In this document: positions 51,529-64,000 of the stretch, in pieces
How the letters are laid out: each line of letters starts with the position of its first letter
How positions within the stretch are numbered: position 1 is the first letter of the stretch
Assembly (NCBI RefSeq): GCF_009834535.1
Contig: NC_045697.1
Location: 87,918,001-87,982,000, forward strand
DNA: 64,000 nucleotides
Direction of reading: 5' to 3'
Origin: Camelus ferus
Lineage: Eukaryota
The notes under the pieces: model-generated
The model's database searches: none
What the model saw: the letters and a program-made list of their open reading frames with translations, nothing else
What the model was told of the DNA's origin: nothing
Position numbers and translations under genes: made by a program

Positions 51529-51718
51529 GTTCAGGGGATATTTGACAATTTCTAGGGACATTTTGGGTTGTCCCTAGACATAGAGAGATGCCATTGGTAT
51601 CTAGTACGTGGAGGGAGGCCAGGAATGCTGTTAAATATTCTACAGTGAAGAGAAACAATGCCTTACAGCAAAGTTCCATTCCCAAAATGTCAATAATGCC
51701 TCTGTTGAGAAACTCTGA
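51529..51718 (+). mobile_element. MER20 (hAT-Charlie), lacking its first ~35 bp
   Basis: caggggatatttgacaatttctagggacatttt...ggtatctagt...gaggccaggaatgctgttaaatattctacagtg...cccaaaatgtcaataatgcctctgttgagaaactctg. Confidence 0.88.
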
Positions 51719-53599
51719 TTTAGATAATAAGAACACATTGTAAGTTCTCTAGCTAAAGTGGAACATTTATTAACATATTACCTCTGTAAAATAAATATAT
51801 CCAAAGGATGGATGGAGAGCCATGGAAGAGCAGCCTGAATAACAGAGCGCATGAATCATACTATCAAATAAAGTATAACTGAAGTGCCCAAGATTATATT
51901 ACAGAATAGCAAAGGTTATTAGGAATAAAGTAATCTTTCCTTTCACTTTTTATTCATATTCTCTTATGCAACGTTTGCTCTTTGACATGTCCTACTTTCT
52001 TCAGAATGAGATGGTTTTGTCTTTTGTCTATGACTCATTTGTTCTTAGACACCATTCTTATTTAAATGCAGTTCCAACTGCAACCTCAAACCAATTGTAT
52101 TGGCAGGTCTTTCCAATGCTTTTAGATAATCCATGGTACAGACAGCATATTTTCTTTTAAAGCCTCAAATCCTGGGTTGTAAAGTACCTATAAATGAATG
52201 TTTTCCTTGTGGTGGGAAAATGTCTTATTTAAAAATTGTTTAATAGCCTGCCACTGTCAAAGGATAACATTTAGACTCTCAGCCAAGATACTGGTGTTGA
52301 TGCTAATTCCCTTCTGCTTTTTATAGCTCATGCATGACTCTCACGCACTCAATATTTTAGTTGTGTGCTACAGACCTTCCAGTGAAGCAATTCTTGGAAA
52401 TAACATGATATCATGAGTCTGTTACAGCTATTAAGCCATGGCAGCTAGAGTGGAAATGAATACAACAAAAACAGTTTATATAGGAATATGTTTCTCAGTG
52501 GATCAGTTTCAATATTGCTCCCTGTGGTTGAATCACATTTAACCTAAAGGTCAATGTTTCAGCCATCATCTACATGGACATAAATAACGCAGTGATGACA
52601 GAAATTTTATTTCCTTCAGTTTTAGGTTTGATATAAGTGTACATCTGAAACTTACTTGACAATAAATAATGCTATAAGAGACGTTGGGAAGGCTAATATT
52701 ATGTACCATTATCTCTCAGGAGGTCAATCTCATTCCTTGCTCTTCTCTTCTGGTGATTTCTATCCTTAAAGAACCTCCTGTCATTCTAGAATACAAATTT
52801 TAGCATAAAATCTAAAGCTTGATTCTATAGTGACTGATGCAGCCATGCTGTTCTGCTCTCCAGATGACTTTGCAGTGCCCTCACATTCTGTCTTGCTCAA
52901 AGGCTTCAGGAATTCACACAGAACTATCGAAGCTATTGATGTCTCATGCAGACACTTGCCCTTTCCAATCCCTGTCCAGACAGTTGCCTAGTTATCTACT
53001 AAATTCTCACCATTCCTTCTACTGAAAACTTGGACCTTTTTTTTTTTTTAACTTGGGTGGAATTCAGTTTATTTTGCTACAGAAATATAATTTTACACCA
53101 ATATCTGCATTGATTATAGTGTAGTTTGGAGTGCCAGTAGGATAAAAAGGGGTTGGCAAGTGATGATAACAAAGAACATGTAACTTTTCAACAACGAGAG
53201 CTGATTGAGGCAGCATCCATAGACAGAAAGGCAGAGCATGTTTCTATTGTGATATTTTTTCTTACGTGAAGGAAAGAGAGAATGATAACAAAAAGAATAA
53301 GTAGAAAAGCATTAACCTTACAACCTTCCTAAAAAAAAGCACATTCTGAAGTCATATAACATCCGCCCAATAAAATATCATGCTAACAATGTACCCCTTA
53401 CACACTGTTTTTATCATTAGCAGTAGTAAATCATAGAAACGGCTTTATCTGAATGGGACTGTGTTGATAATTGGCTGATTCATAGAAAAATTCAGCCAAC
53501 TATAGTCATCCTTTAAAAAGACATATCTGTCTTAATTTTCGCTGTAAGCATAAAATATACATTTATCAACCTTCTGATGTAGAAGAGTTTTCTTTTTTC

Positions 53600-54347
53600 C
53601 CGAGTAGGAACCTCTTCTGTGTCATTCTTGAATCCTCCTCTTCCAAACTATATTCTAATTGCTTCAGTTCCCCAAACTTGGGAGTAATTGTTAAATCCTG
53701 CCTCTCAGCAAAATTCTAAAATATAACATTCAACTGTTTCTCAACTCTTTATCTCCACCATGTTAGTGGATCTTCTAACTAGCTAGATTCTTGGCTTTCA
53801 TCTTTGCCCCTTTTTCTTTACCCAGCAGCTAACATGATTCTTTGAAAGGAGGTCAGGTTTGTCCACTCTGCTCAAACTTTCCAATGGCTTTCACCTCATG
53901 CAGAAAAATATACAATTCCTTACCATGCTCTGCCAAATTGTATATGATCTGGACCTCTCTCTGGCTCTCTGACCTCACCTGCTCCTGCTCTCCCCTCTCT
54001 CCCTGCTCCCTAATCACATGGCCTCCCTAGGGTTTCTAAACCGGCCCAACAAGCCCTCAGCTCACACCCTTCACACTTGCTGGCCCGCCAGGTGGGAAGC
54101 TGTGCCCTTTTAGGGCCACATGGCTGCTCTTCTCATCTCACATGCCATTTTCCCAGGTCTTCACCGAACACTGTAAACATTATTCCCTCTCACCGCACCC
54201 CAATTCAGACATCATTTCCCAATATAAACTGAGGGATTCCTCGTCTACCTTCCCCACTTAAGCTTTATGTGGCCAAGAATTTGGATGGTAATCACAACAC
54301 TCAATAAATGTTTGTTGAATGAACAAAATTCTGAATGAATGAACAAA
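53600..54347 (+). mobile_element. L2 3' end
   Basis: ccactctgctcaaactttccaatggctt; ccttaccatg; tcacacttgctgg; tail cactcaataaatgtttgttgaatgaa. Confidence 0.85.
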
Positions 54348-54569
54348 CTCATCATCATACATTTCTAATGTTACTTTTCTTAAAGTATAGTAAGAACTTG
54401 AAAGCAGTAGGAAAACAATCTGAATGAAGATTTTTCTTCTAGATTTTTGTCATTCCCCAGCCCCTCCACCACTATGCAATTTCTTAATGTTATCCAAGTA
54501 ATTTTTTTTTACAGCTCCCACTAACATTTCTGGGAACAAAAATCAACTGACTCTTGCTAACCATGTATC

Positions 54570-54840
54570 TTGCCAGGTAGAAGCAGTAACATACAGGCAT
54601 GACAGAAAGATCAAAACAAGTATTCAGTACATCTGTTAATTACATATATACCACATTTTTTCATATATAAATTTGTGTACACACCACAGATAAAAGGCTA
54701 GGGTCATGTTTACAAACATTTAAATGTTAATTATCTTAAGTGATCATATTATGAACAAATTTTTGTTTGTTTTTTCCTTTGTGCTTTCAACACTTTTTCC
54801 CCCATAGTAAATACAGTTAGAAAAACTAAATTAAAATAAC
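54570..54840 (+). mobile_element. L1ME 3' end fragment
   Basis: aaaacaagtattcagta...ccacatttt; aatgttaattatct. Confidence 0.45.
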
Positions 54841-55959
54841 AATTTTTTTGAAGCTTATGAGTTTTTCAAGACATTTACCTTCAGGTGCTCTAACGGAGAA
54901 ACTTTGTAATCATGACCATTTTATCAACTTTTGTTCTCTTTTGAAAAAAAATTAATACTAGCAGAATATAAGAAATTAAGAAAAGAAAGAAAGAAATTAA
55001 GAGGAAGATGTTTACAGTAGTATATTCATCTTTGGTTTTTAAACTTTTATTAAAAATTAGAATCATGTTTGAAAACCTATTGATTTTTCACTATACTTTA
55101 TTCAGAATAAGCTACTTTATACAACAGCTTACTCATCTATATTTGTCACTTTCTCATTTATTATTTACATTTGAATATTAGTGGGTCTAGATAAGAAACT
55201 TACCATCTGTCTGTGTGTATGTGTTTAATAGGAACCATGAAAGAAAAATTACAATATTTATATTTACAAATATGAAAGAGACAGAAGTAGGAAAAAATAT
55301 AAGGGCATAACAAGAAAATAAACAAATGAACCAAATGTGTGTCTATAAAAATCAAAGTTGCTGCTAAATAAACATGAAAGCCTGATTTCTGAACACTCCA
55401 AAAGAGAATCCAGCATAAAAGAAGGGCTAAAGTTTATGATAGCAATGGGTGGTAAGCAAGGTTTCAGGCTAGAACTGCAGCTATTGCCGGAATTCCTTCT
55501 GACTAAGCCTCCCCGTAATGAGTGAGTATTGGCAGAAAGGGACCATATGGTTTGACATCATTTCTGTATCAATTCTAAACCACAGAATGAAAATGGAAGT
55601 CTTCTCTTAGCTATTGTGGAGACAAATAGGCTCCTGCAAGAATAGTGACTCTCATCAGGTGTTAACTGACCAAGCCAAGTTTCATCTAAGATTGTGTAGA
55701 TGCTGCCTGCCACTGGTTCTCAGCGAGGACAGCTGAGCTCACTAAACAGGACAGCTGACTGTGTCTGCCAACTGTATGACTGTGTTAGTAAATGTTGTTC
55801 TATAAACTGAGATAGATTTGCAATTAGAAGCAATACCACATGTTCTAGGGGCACAGTAAACTGCAGAAATATTGCTCACCTTAGGAACAAAGCTGTTTTC
55901 AATTAATCACTTTCTTCCTACATGGAACATTTAATTTTTTTTCAAAGATTTAATATAGT

Positions 55960-56200
55960 AGTACTACTATCACTACTATTAACATTTTAAATGTACTAGA
56001 TATGGACCAATGACTGTCATATTATTTTAAATATACTCCATTTAGCATTTCAGTGAGTTAATTACCATTATTATTCCCAGACCAAGACACTTAAGCTCAG
56101 AGCTTTTGAATGACTAGTGCAAGGACCCAGAGTAAGTAAATAGTGGAGCAGTGGAGATTCAAACCCAGGTAGCCTTCGTCCAGAGTTCATGCCCTCAGGC
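55960..56200 (-). mobile_element. MIR
   Basis: ccattattattccc...cttaagctcagag...tgactagtgcaagg...agtaaatagtggagcagtggagattcaaacccaggt. Confidence 0.8.
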
Positions 56201-56224
56201 CATGTGGCCCTGCAATATTAAATT

Positions 56225-56463
56225 ATTTGACAGAGTGGGCTCTGGAATTAAGTTGCTAGGTTTCAAATATTCTTTAAAACTTTTACTGTGTAACCTGGAC
56301 AAGCTACTTAACCTCTCTGAACTTTGTTTCCTCAAACACAAAATCAGATTAAAATTACTAACTTGCTTCATATAGTTTTTTGTAATGATTAAACAAATTA
56401 ATAAATTTAAAGTCCTTAGAAGAGCCCTTGACAGAAAATTAGCATTCACTAAGCATTAGCTAT
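56225..56463 (+). mobile_element. MIR
   Basis: gggctctggaatta...ggtttcaaat...ctgtgtaacctggacaagctacttaacctctctgaactttgtttcctc; cattagctatt. Confidence 0.85.
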
Positions 56464-56470
56464 TCCCCCT

Positions 56471-56471
56471 C

Positions 56472-56509
<38 letters not shown>
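56471..56509. repeat. (CT)n(CA)n compound microsatellite
   Basis: Direct reading. Confidence 0.95.
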
Positions 56510-56844
56510 TACAGAGTATCTATCCTTTAGCCTTTAAGTATGACATTGAGTGGATGGGCCAATTAGTTCACTTTTATAATCTCGTCTAATCCTGGGATGA
56601 TAGCACAACATGCTCTCATATCTATGTGTTTAGATGTCATTCTCTTTTCTTACTAATGGCATTAATCATCAATTTCATTTTTTTTCCATCTCTCTTGAGA
56701 TACTTTTTATCCAAAGCCATGGAATTTACTCCTCTTTTTGTTCTTTTGCTTTGTTTTGTTTTACATTTTGAAATCTGTTTTTACAAATATTCATAAAATT
56801 TTTACTTTTCACCATAAAAATATTTTCATATAAGTGGACTTATA

Positions 56845-56965
56845 TTCTCGAATAAATAAAATTTAAGCTCCTCGAGTTGGGACCACATGCTAAGCTGCCT
56901 CTCATTTCACTGAGCTATCCTGGTTCTGAGTGCACAATTGTCACACAAAATATACTCATTAAAAT
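56845..56965 (+). mobile_element. L2 3' terminal fragment
   Basis: taagctcctcgagttgggacc...gcacaattgtcacacaaaatatactcattaaa. Confidence 0.5.
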
Positions 56966-57777
56966 TGATGATTTTGATGAAGAAATGACTGTTGATTTTC
57001 TTCTAGAACAGATTCTCACATTTTATGGCTCTTTGAAATAAAGAAAAAATATATACTTGGAGAAAAACTATAACATTAAATAATCTCTACTCATAAAAGG
57101 AATATTATAATTTTTTCTTCATCTTTAAATTCAAAAGAGTAATTAAAAATATTAAAGGTAGTTAGGTCATTGACTTTTGTTTGGAATGGCTCCAATGATC
57201 ATGTTGTAAAGGCTATTAATCCATGTCCATTAAAATCATTTTCTATGATTTTTCTTGGTAAATTTCAATATAAAACACACAGAGATTCCTGTTGCACCTA
57301 ATGTATTATTTAGAAATAATTATATATTTATAGTTTATGCCTTTTTGAGTTAATTAGATAGTGAACAATATCCTAATCAGTGATTCTCAGAGAATAATAG
57401 TAATCTGATTAAATTTAAACCTCAGTTGGCACAAAGATGTCTGATGGGAGTCACTTTTGGTAGTCTTTCTTTGACATTCTTTATGATTGTTTTCTACATG
57501 TCTATATTAGCCTACTGCAAACTAAAGTACTTATTTCCTTTTCTGTAAAGTACTTCACTTAGGTAGTGGGGTGAAAACTACACTTGTAGTTTGAAATAGA
57601 TTTTTCAGCACCACACCAATTTAGTAGTAAAAAGCTAAGTAGAAAAAAAAATGATTTTGACTTTATTAAGTTCTAATTTACAATTTTAAAAATTATGTTT
57701 ACTCATCTCTAGACCATCAAAACAAAAAGCAATGTGATATAGAGGCATTTTTCATATATATTACTTTTCTTTTTTTT

Positions 57778-59333
57778 AAAGAACAAAGCTTGAGGAATAA
57801 CTCTCCCAGACTTTAGGAAATACTACAGAGCTACAGTAATCAAAACAGCATGGTATGGGCATAAAAACAGACATATGGATCAATGGAACAGAATAGAGAG
57901 CCCAGAAATAAATCCACAGAACTATGGTCAATTAATCTTTGACAAAGGAGGCAAGCATATACAATCAAGAAAAGATAGTCTCTTTAGCAAGCAGTGCGGG
58001 GAAAACTGGACAGCTGCATGTAAACCAATGAAGTTAGAACATTCCCTCATGCCATCCACAGAAATAAACTCAAAATGGCTTAAAGACTGAAATATAAGAC
58101 AGGACACAATAAATCTCCTAGAAGAAAACAAAGGCAAAACACTATCTGACATAAATCTTAGCAATGTTCTCTTACAGCAGTCTACCAGGCAATAGAAATA
58201 AAAGCAAAAATAAACAAATGAGACCTAATAAACTTATAAGCTTATGCACAGCAAAGGAAACCATAAGTAAAACAAAATGACAACCTACAGAATGGGAGAA
58301 AATATTTGCAAATGATGCTACTGACAAAGGCTTAATTTCCAGAATATATAAACAGCTCATACAACTTAATAAGAAAACAAACAAACAAACAACCCAATCC
58401 AAAAATGGGCAGAACCTAAACAAGCAATTCTTCAACAAAGACATACAAACAGCCATTAGGCAAAAGAAAAAATGCTCAGTATTACTAATTGTCAGAGAAA
58501 TGCAAATCAAAACCACAACAAGGTATCACCAGTCAGAATGGCCATCATTCAAAAGTCCACGAATGATAAATGCTGGAGAGGGTGTGGAGAAAAGGGAACC
58601 CTCCTACACTGCTGGTGGGAATGCAGTTTGGTGCAGCAGTTATGGAAAACAGTATGGAGATTTCTCAAAACTCTAAAAATGGACTTACCCCATGATCCAG
58701 CAATTCCACTCCTGGGCATATATCTGGAGGAAACTCTAATTCAAAAAGATACATGCTCCCCAGTGTTCATAGCAGCACTATATACAATAGCCAAGACATG
58801 GAAGCAACCTAAATGTTCATCAACAGATGACTAGATAAAGAAGTTGTGATATATTTATACAATGGAATACTACTCAGCCATAAAAAAGAATAAAATAATA
58901 CCATTTGCAGCAACATGGATGGACCTAGAGATCATCATTCTTAGTGAAGTAAGCCAGAAAGAGAAAGAAAAATACCATATAATATCACTCATATGTGGAA
59001 TCTAAAAAAGGAAAAAGAGGACACTAATGAACTCACCTACAAAATAGAAACAGACTCGCAGACATAGTAAACAAACTTATGGTTAACAGGGGAAAGGGAG
59101 AGGGAAGGGATAAATTTGGGAGCTTGAGATTTGCAAATGTTAGTCACTATATATAAAAATAGATAAAAAACTTTTCTTCTGTATAGTATAGGGAACTATG
59201 TTCGATAATTTGTAATAACCTTTAATGAAAAAGAATATGAAAAAAAATTTGTATGTATATGCATGATTGGGGCATTCTGCTGTACACCAGAAATTGATAC
59301 ATTATAACTGACTATACTTCAATTAAAAAAAAA
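57778..59333 (+). mobile_element. 5'-truncated younger L1 (ORF2 3' third + 3'UTR)
   Basis: [48 protein letters not shown]; 3'UTR and A-tail; no convincing TSD. Confidence 0.95.
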
Positions 59334-60064
59334 GATATAAAAGGACACTTATTACTCTTACTTAGTTGCAAGATTACTCAGAATCTCCTGAATAATTTAT
59401 TAGTTCACATTTTTGTATCTATCCTGTTAATTATTTTTTAACAACTCTTTCCTATAATTATAATTACATGATTGTTAATGTTTTTAGTAAGCCAATAAAG
59501 TATCTAAGAATCATACTAAATTGTTCTTTTTTTTAACATTTTTCTCATTTTCACTTTTAGGCTATTGTTTCATATTGAAGATTAAAATTTTCTTTTAATT
59601 TACTCAGTTTAAAGATAGTAAATTTTATCTTTTTTCTATTACAGTCATTCATTTTTAAAAGAAACAAACCAAAACACATTGAGAAGTGTAAATGTCAAGA
59701 CATAAAAGTAAACCTTCATTTGAAAATGTATGTTTTATTACATGGGGATATTTCAAATCTCCTTCAATATGTAAAAAGCAAAATAAAACATTAGATAGAA
59801 TATATTTAAATTCATTCTTCAGTTAGCACCCAAGCTTTACTGGAATATAAAAAGTTTCACTGTGTACAAAAACTTGTTAAATCATTTTCTTCCTGCCAAA
59901 TATATACATGGCTTAGGGAAGCCAATTTCACCAGATAGTGTGCTCATAAATTTTAAAGTTTTATTGGCACACTGCATGCTACCTATTCTACCAAAAGTCA
60001 ATGAAAAAAATCTTAGGGTTTAACAGTAAGAGAAGTGACGCATGTGGAAAAATAAAGACTACAA

Positions 60065-61100
60065 AATGAAACCATCAATAAAATGAAAAGGCAACCTATT
60101 GAGTGGGAGAAAATATTTGCAAATCATACATCCCATATGTGGTTAAAATCCAAAATATATAGAGAACTCATACAACTCAATAGCAGAAAAAAAAAAGATT
60201 AAAAAGTGGGCAGAGAATCTGAATAGACATTTTTCCAAAAAAGACATACAGATGGCCCACATGTACATGAAAAGATGCTCAACATCACTAATCATCACAG
60301 AAATGCAAATAAAAACCTCAATTAAATACCACCTCATACCTGCCAGAATGGCTATCATCAAAAAGTCCATAAACAGCAAATGGTGGTGAGGATGTGGAGA
60401 AAAGGGAACACTTGTACACTTTTGGTAGGAATGTAAATTGGTGCAGCCACTGTGGAAAACAGTATGGAGGTTCCTCAAAAAACTAAAAACATCACTACCA
60501 TATGACACAGCAATTCCACTCCTGGGTATATGTATCCAAAAAAGCCAGAAATATTGATTCAAAAAGATACATGCACCTCAATGTTCACAGTAGCATTATT
60601 TACAATTGTCAAGACATGGAAACAAACTAAGTGTCTATCAACAGGTGAATGGAAAAAGAATATGTGGCATATATTTATTTATATATTTATATACAATGGA
60701 ATACTACTCACCCATAAAAAAGAATGAACTTTTGCCATTTGGAGCAACATGGATGGACTTGGAGGTATAATGCTTAGTGAAATAAGTCAAACAGAGAAAG
60801 ATAAATACTGTATTATATCGTTTATACATGGAATCTTAAAAATACAACAAACTAGTGAATATAACATAAAAGAATCAGACACAAATATAGAGAACAAACT
60901 AGTTGTTACCACTGGGGAGGACAATAATGGGATGGGGGAGTGGGAGGTACAAACTATTGGGTATAAGATAGGCAGCTCAGGGAATACAGTCAATATTTTG
61001 TAGTAACTGTAAATGGAAGGTAACATTTAAAAATTGCATAAAAACAAAAAAATTTAAAAATATTATGTTGTACAGCTGAAATTAATATAATCTTTATGTC
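60065..61100 (+). mobile_element. 5'-truncated L1 3' end (different subfamily)
   Basis: gaaaccatcaataaaatgaaaaggcaacc...; 3'UTR gggagtgggaggtacaaactattgggtataagatagg; ends ctcaataaaaaa. Confidence 0.92.
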
Positions 61101-62935
61101 AATTACATCTCAATAAAAAAGGAGTGCTAAAGGTATTCTGAGAAATTTCAATAAGTCACCGTTCATGTTAAAGGATAACCTTTATCTTCAAATCTAAAAG
61201 AAAACATTGCTTCTTGTTCCCTTTCTCTCTAAAATGGGGCCCTTTTCCTGAAAAATATTGTCTTTCTCTCCCCAACTCCAACATCCCCTTTTGCTACTAA
61301 TTTTGTATGCAATTTGGTAGGGGACTGATGCCTGTGGAAGAAACATTAATCTCTTTTAACTTTCTTTTAGAAAAACACTCCTTACCCCATGCACAACAAG
61401 AACTAGAAAGTATAACCTAAACACAGACAGGCCTCTTCATGTGAGATTTCTCCGTCTTCCTTTTCAGACCAGCCCTATTCAAAAGATACTTTAAAATAAT
61501 GAGAAAGCAGTTGGCAAAAAGAAGTATAATTCTTATGCCATAATGTCCAGTCAACCACCTCACTCTATTGTAGTGTCATTGAAAAAAGGAAAATGGCTAT
61601 TTTTGCACCCAGTACAAGGAAGGAATCCTGAAAAAATACCAGAAACATTTGACTACCCACTCTTCAGCACTTGGGCAGCACTAGATCATGGTGGTGGAAA
61701 GACAATCTTCCAAAATGCAACAATGAAAACCTTGAACAATATCTTTGTGAAGTCAGGACCTCAGGAAGGCAGAGAAACAGAGCTTTCAAAGAAGAGTCTT
61801 CCTTTGGAAAGGAATGGTGTGCTTTATTTTTACTCACACACCTGCTGAAGGGGAACATGATTTTATTTTCAGCCAACTCTCTTTTTCAACTTTTTGGTCC
61901 CATACCCATATTCAAGCAACCCTCTCTTAGAATGATTCTGTTAACCTGCTCTATACTCTCTTCCAAAGTTGTTACAGGTCAAGCTTGAATTCCCCCTTTT
62001 GAACTCTGTAATTCTTAAACAGTCATCTGGATGGTTTCCTAGCAGTAGCTAGGATTTGTTTGATTCATCTTCCTAGGCTCTTATTTCTCCAGTTGCTAAA
62101 TTGTTTATTCTTTCAGTATAGCCCTGTGCATTGAGGATCATCACTTGTTTGATCAGTTCATTTCCCCCCAATAATATAAAAAATAACTTAGGCTGAAAAA
62201 AAGCAAAATGGCTTGCTACTTTTATACTCAAATCCTTTGATTCTGCACATAAACAGACCTACACCATTACTTTGAGGGAATCATACTGTTGGGAGATTGA
62301 GTTAGACTCCTCTATTTATCATGTTCATTGTTTCTTTTGTTTCCCTGTGTCACAGATATTTGAAAATGGAAATAAGAATGGTCTGAAATGGCTTCAATTG
62401 AACTTAGGATGTGCAAATCACTCAAAATCCTATCCTTTGCTGCAGAGTAAGAGCAAACTTTCTGAAGGATTATGTCAGAAGGGGATGGGAATTTCTGGAC
62501 ACTAGGGGAGATATCTGCACTTAAGAGAAAGAAAAATCATGTTCTGTTCCCACCCACCCCATGAGAGGTCCTCTGTAGCCCCGAGATGGCTTATGGATAC
62601 TGTAGCTTGCCCAGAAATTTTCCTACTGTTGCTGTTACACCACAAGCACGAGCCAGGGCAGGGATTTCCATTTTCAATTCCAACCCCACAAAGACAGAAT
62701 AAACATGTCATGCTAACAGCATAAATAGTTGATTCTTTGGCTGAAGGGTTTGTGGATTACTGTGGGTTTATCAACCTGAGATTTTATGTAACAAAAACAT
62801 AAAAACTAATTTGATATTGTTTTTGTTTAGTTTTCATATTCAAATAAAACTAGAGATGAAATACTATTTTGTTGAGAGTATAACTAAGGTAAATTACACT
62901 TTTACTTGATCTCCTCCTAATTGGAAGGCCTTAGG

Positions 62936-62959
62936 GTGTGTGTGTGTATGTGTGTGTGT
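62936..62959. repeat. (TG)n microsatellite
   Basis: Direct reading. Confidence 0.9.
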
Positions 62960-63184
62960 TTTCAGGATATAAGAAAGTAATATAATGTGGTGGTTGCTCA
63001 AAGAGTCTGATTTTATGTTTGTGTGAAAGTAAACTGAAGGAAATTATGAAATTCCTTTTCCAGGAGATGAGGGGTTGCATATGCTGGGATCTTTATGACA
63101 AATTCTGCCTACAGGTAGGGCAGTGAATTTTGAAGATGTTTCATCGAAATTTATATCCCCAGTAGTATGCAAAATTGAGTTCAG

Positions 63185-63300
63185 AAGTCGAAAGAAACAA
63201 GGATTCAAAAAGTATATTCCCTTCAAGTAAGTTAGGTTTCTTACCTTGGATTTCAGTTTCTTCATCTGTAGTTATTAGTGCTAGAACAGATCAGTGATAC
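63185..63300 (+). mobile_element. MIR fragment
   Basis: gaagtcgaaagaaacaaggattcaa; tttcagtttcttcatctgta. Confidence 0.5.
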
Positions 63301-63876
63301 CTAACATTTTCTGTTGTATAATACAACCTGGGGTTGGGGGGAATGGATTTTCTGAAGCCCATCCATTAACTCTCTGGGGTCCATGGACACTGTTAAATTC
63401 TAGGATTAATGACTTCCAGGGTAGCATACAGTAGCTTGATTCCTCTATGTTAAACATTTTGAAAGTATTAAAAAATAAATAGGAGACATCTATTCTTAGG
63501 AAGCGACAATCTCATGTGGAAGACACAACGAGCACACATACGAAAAAGACCTAGGTATGCTTCATATGGTGGGCGTATCATGGGACGCAATGCATACTGC
63601 ACATATGAGGACACAGAACAGAGACATGGAGTCAGAGAGAGGAAAGCAATACAAGCAGATTCAAGTCAAGGAAAAACTGTCGGGTAGAGGCAAGAAAAGG
63701 AACGTGAAAAGTCAAAAACTCTGACTAACCGTGAGAGATGTCAGGCACATTTTCTTTCTTTTTTAACTTACGGAAAACTTTGTTTAGTCTTCTTCTTAAA
63801 GCCATTTAGTTTAAAAACAAATTGAGGTTAACACAGAAGAAAGAACATGAGACTTTCTGACAGGGTCAAAAAGACT

Positions 63877-63903
63877 CAGACAGACAGACAGACAGACAGA
63901 CAG
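63877..63903. repeat. (CAGA)n microsatellite
   Basis: Direct reading. Confidence 0.9.
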
Positions 63904-64000
63904 GAGGTCAGTCGGGCATTGGTCAGGGACTTACATGTCAGAGCTTCTCCATCTTGGAAGTGAGGCTGGCACAGATTCCGGTCAGTTCCTCAGTTTCCTT

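Noticed and set aside
57735..59350. Possible TSD or 5' inversion for the L1 at 57778
   Set aside because: gatatagaggca versus gatataaaagga is too weak, and the T-rich 5' flank does not match inverted upstream L1 sequence.
61543..61988. Overlapping 101- and 105-aa ORFs in non-repeat DNA
   Set aside because: No recognisable motif and no convincing splice or promoter context; lengths are within chance expectation for 64 kb.
1..64000. CRISPR arrays, operons, tRNA/rRNA/snRNA genes, processed pseudogenes of host genes
   Set aside because: None seen. There is no repeat-spacer periodicity, the 59-bp array is a degenerate tandem repeat inside L1, and the DNA is clearly mammalian.

Overview
AT-rich placental-mammal genomic DNA, intronic or intergenic, with no host protein-coding exon, RNA gene or prokaryote-type system that I can recognise. 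Every ORF in the track with a recognisable product is a decayed retroelement piece: L1 ORF1, L1 ORF2 (RT and C-terminal parts) or ERV-L gag/protease. The window is a layered record of transposons. Ancient elements include MIR, L2, MER2, MER3, MER20, a MER105-like element, MLT1, MER21, and LTR33-, LTR40- and LTR78-like LTRs, plus ERV-L internal sequence and old L1M. On top of these sit several younger L1 insertions with Laurasiatherian/artiodactyl-type 3' ends. I see no young SINE (no Alu, B1, Bov-tA/A2, PRE, Can-SINE or ERE), which tentatively suggests a camelid. The most notable structures are: (1) an L1 keeping its 5'UTR, ORF1 and 3'UTR but missing almost all of ORF2, with a splice-like junction and a 59-bp monomer array in the 5'UTR; (2) a TSD-bounded L1 insertion carrying about 300 bp of non-L1 sequence plus a second poly(A), a probable 3' transduction; (3) two young tail-less, TSD-less L1 fragments; (4) a one-sided strand bias of L1s with intact 3' ends; (5) a dispersed local duplication of about 150 bp. 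Repeat family names come from recalled consensus sequences, not a database search, and boundaries of old repeats are approximate. I found no evidence for a wholly new biological system.
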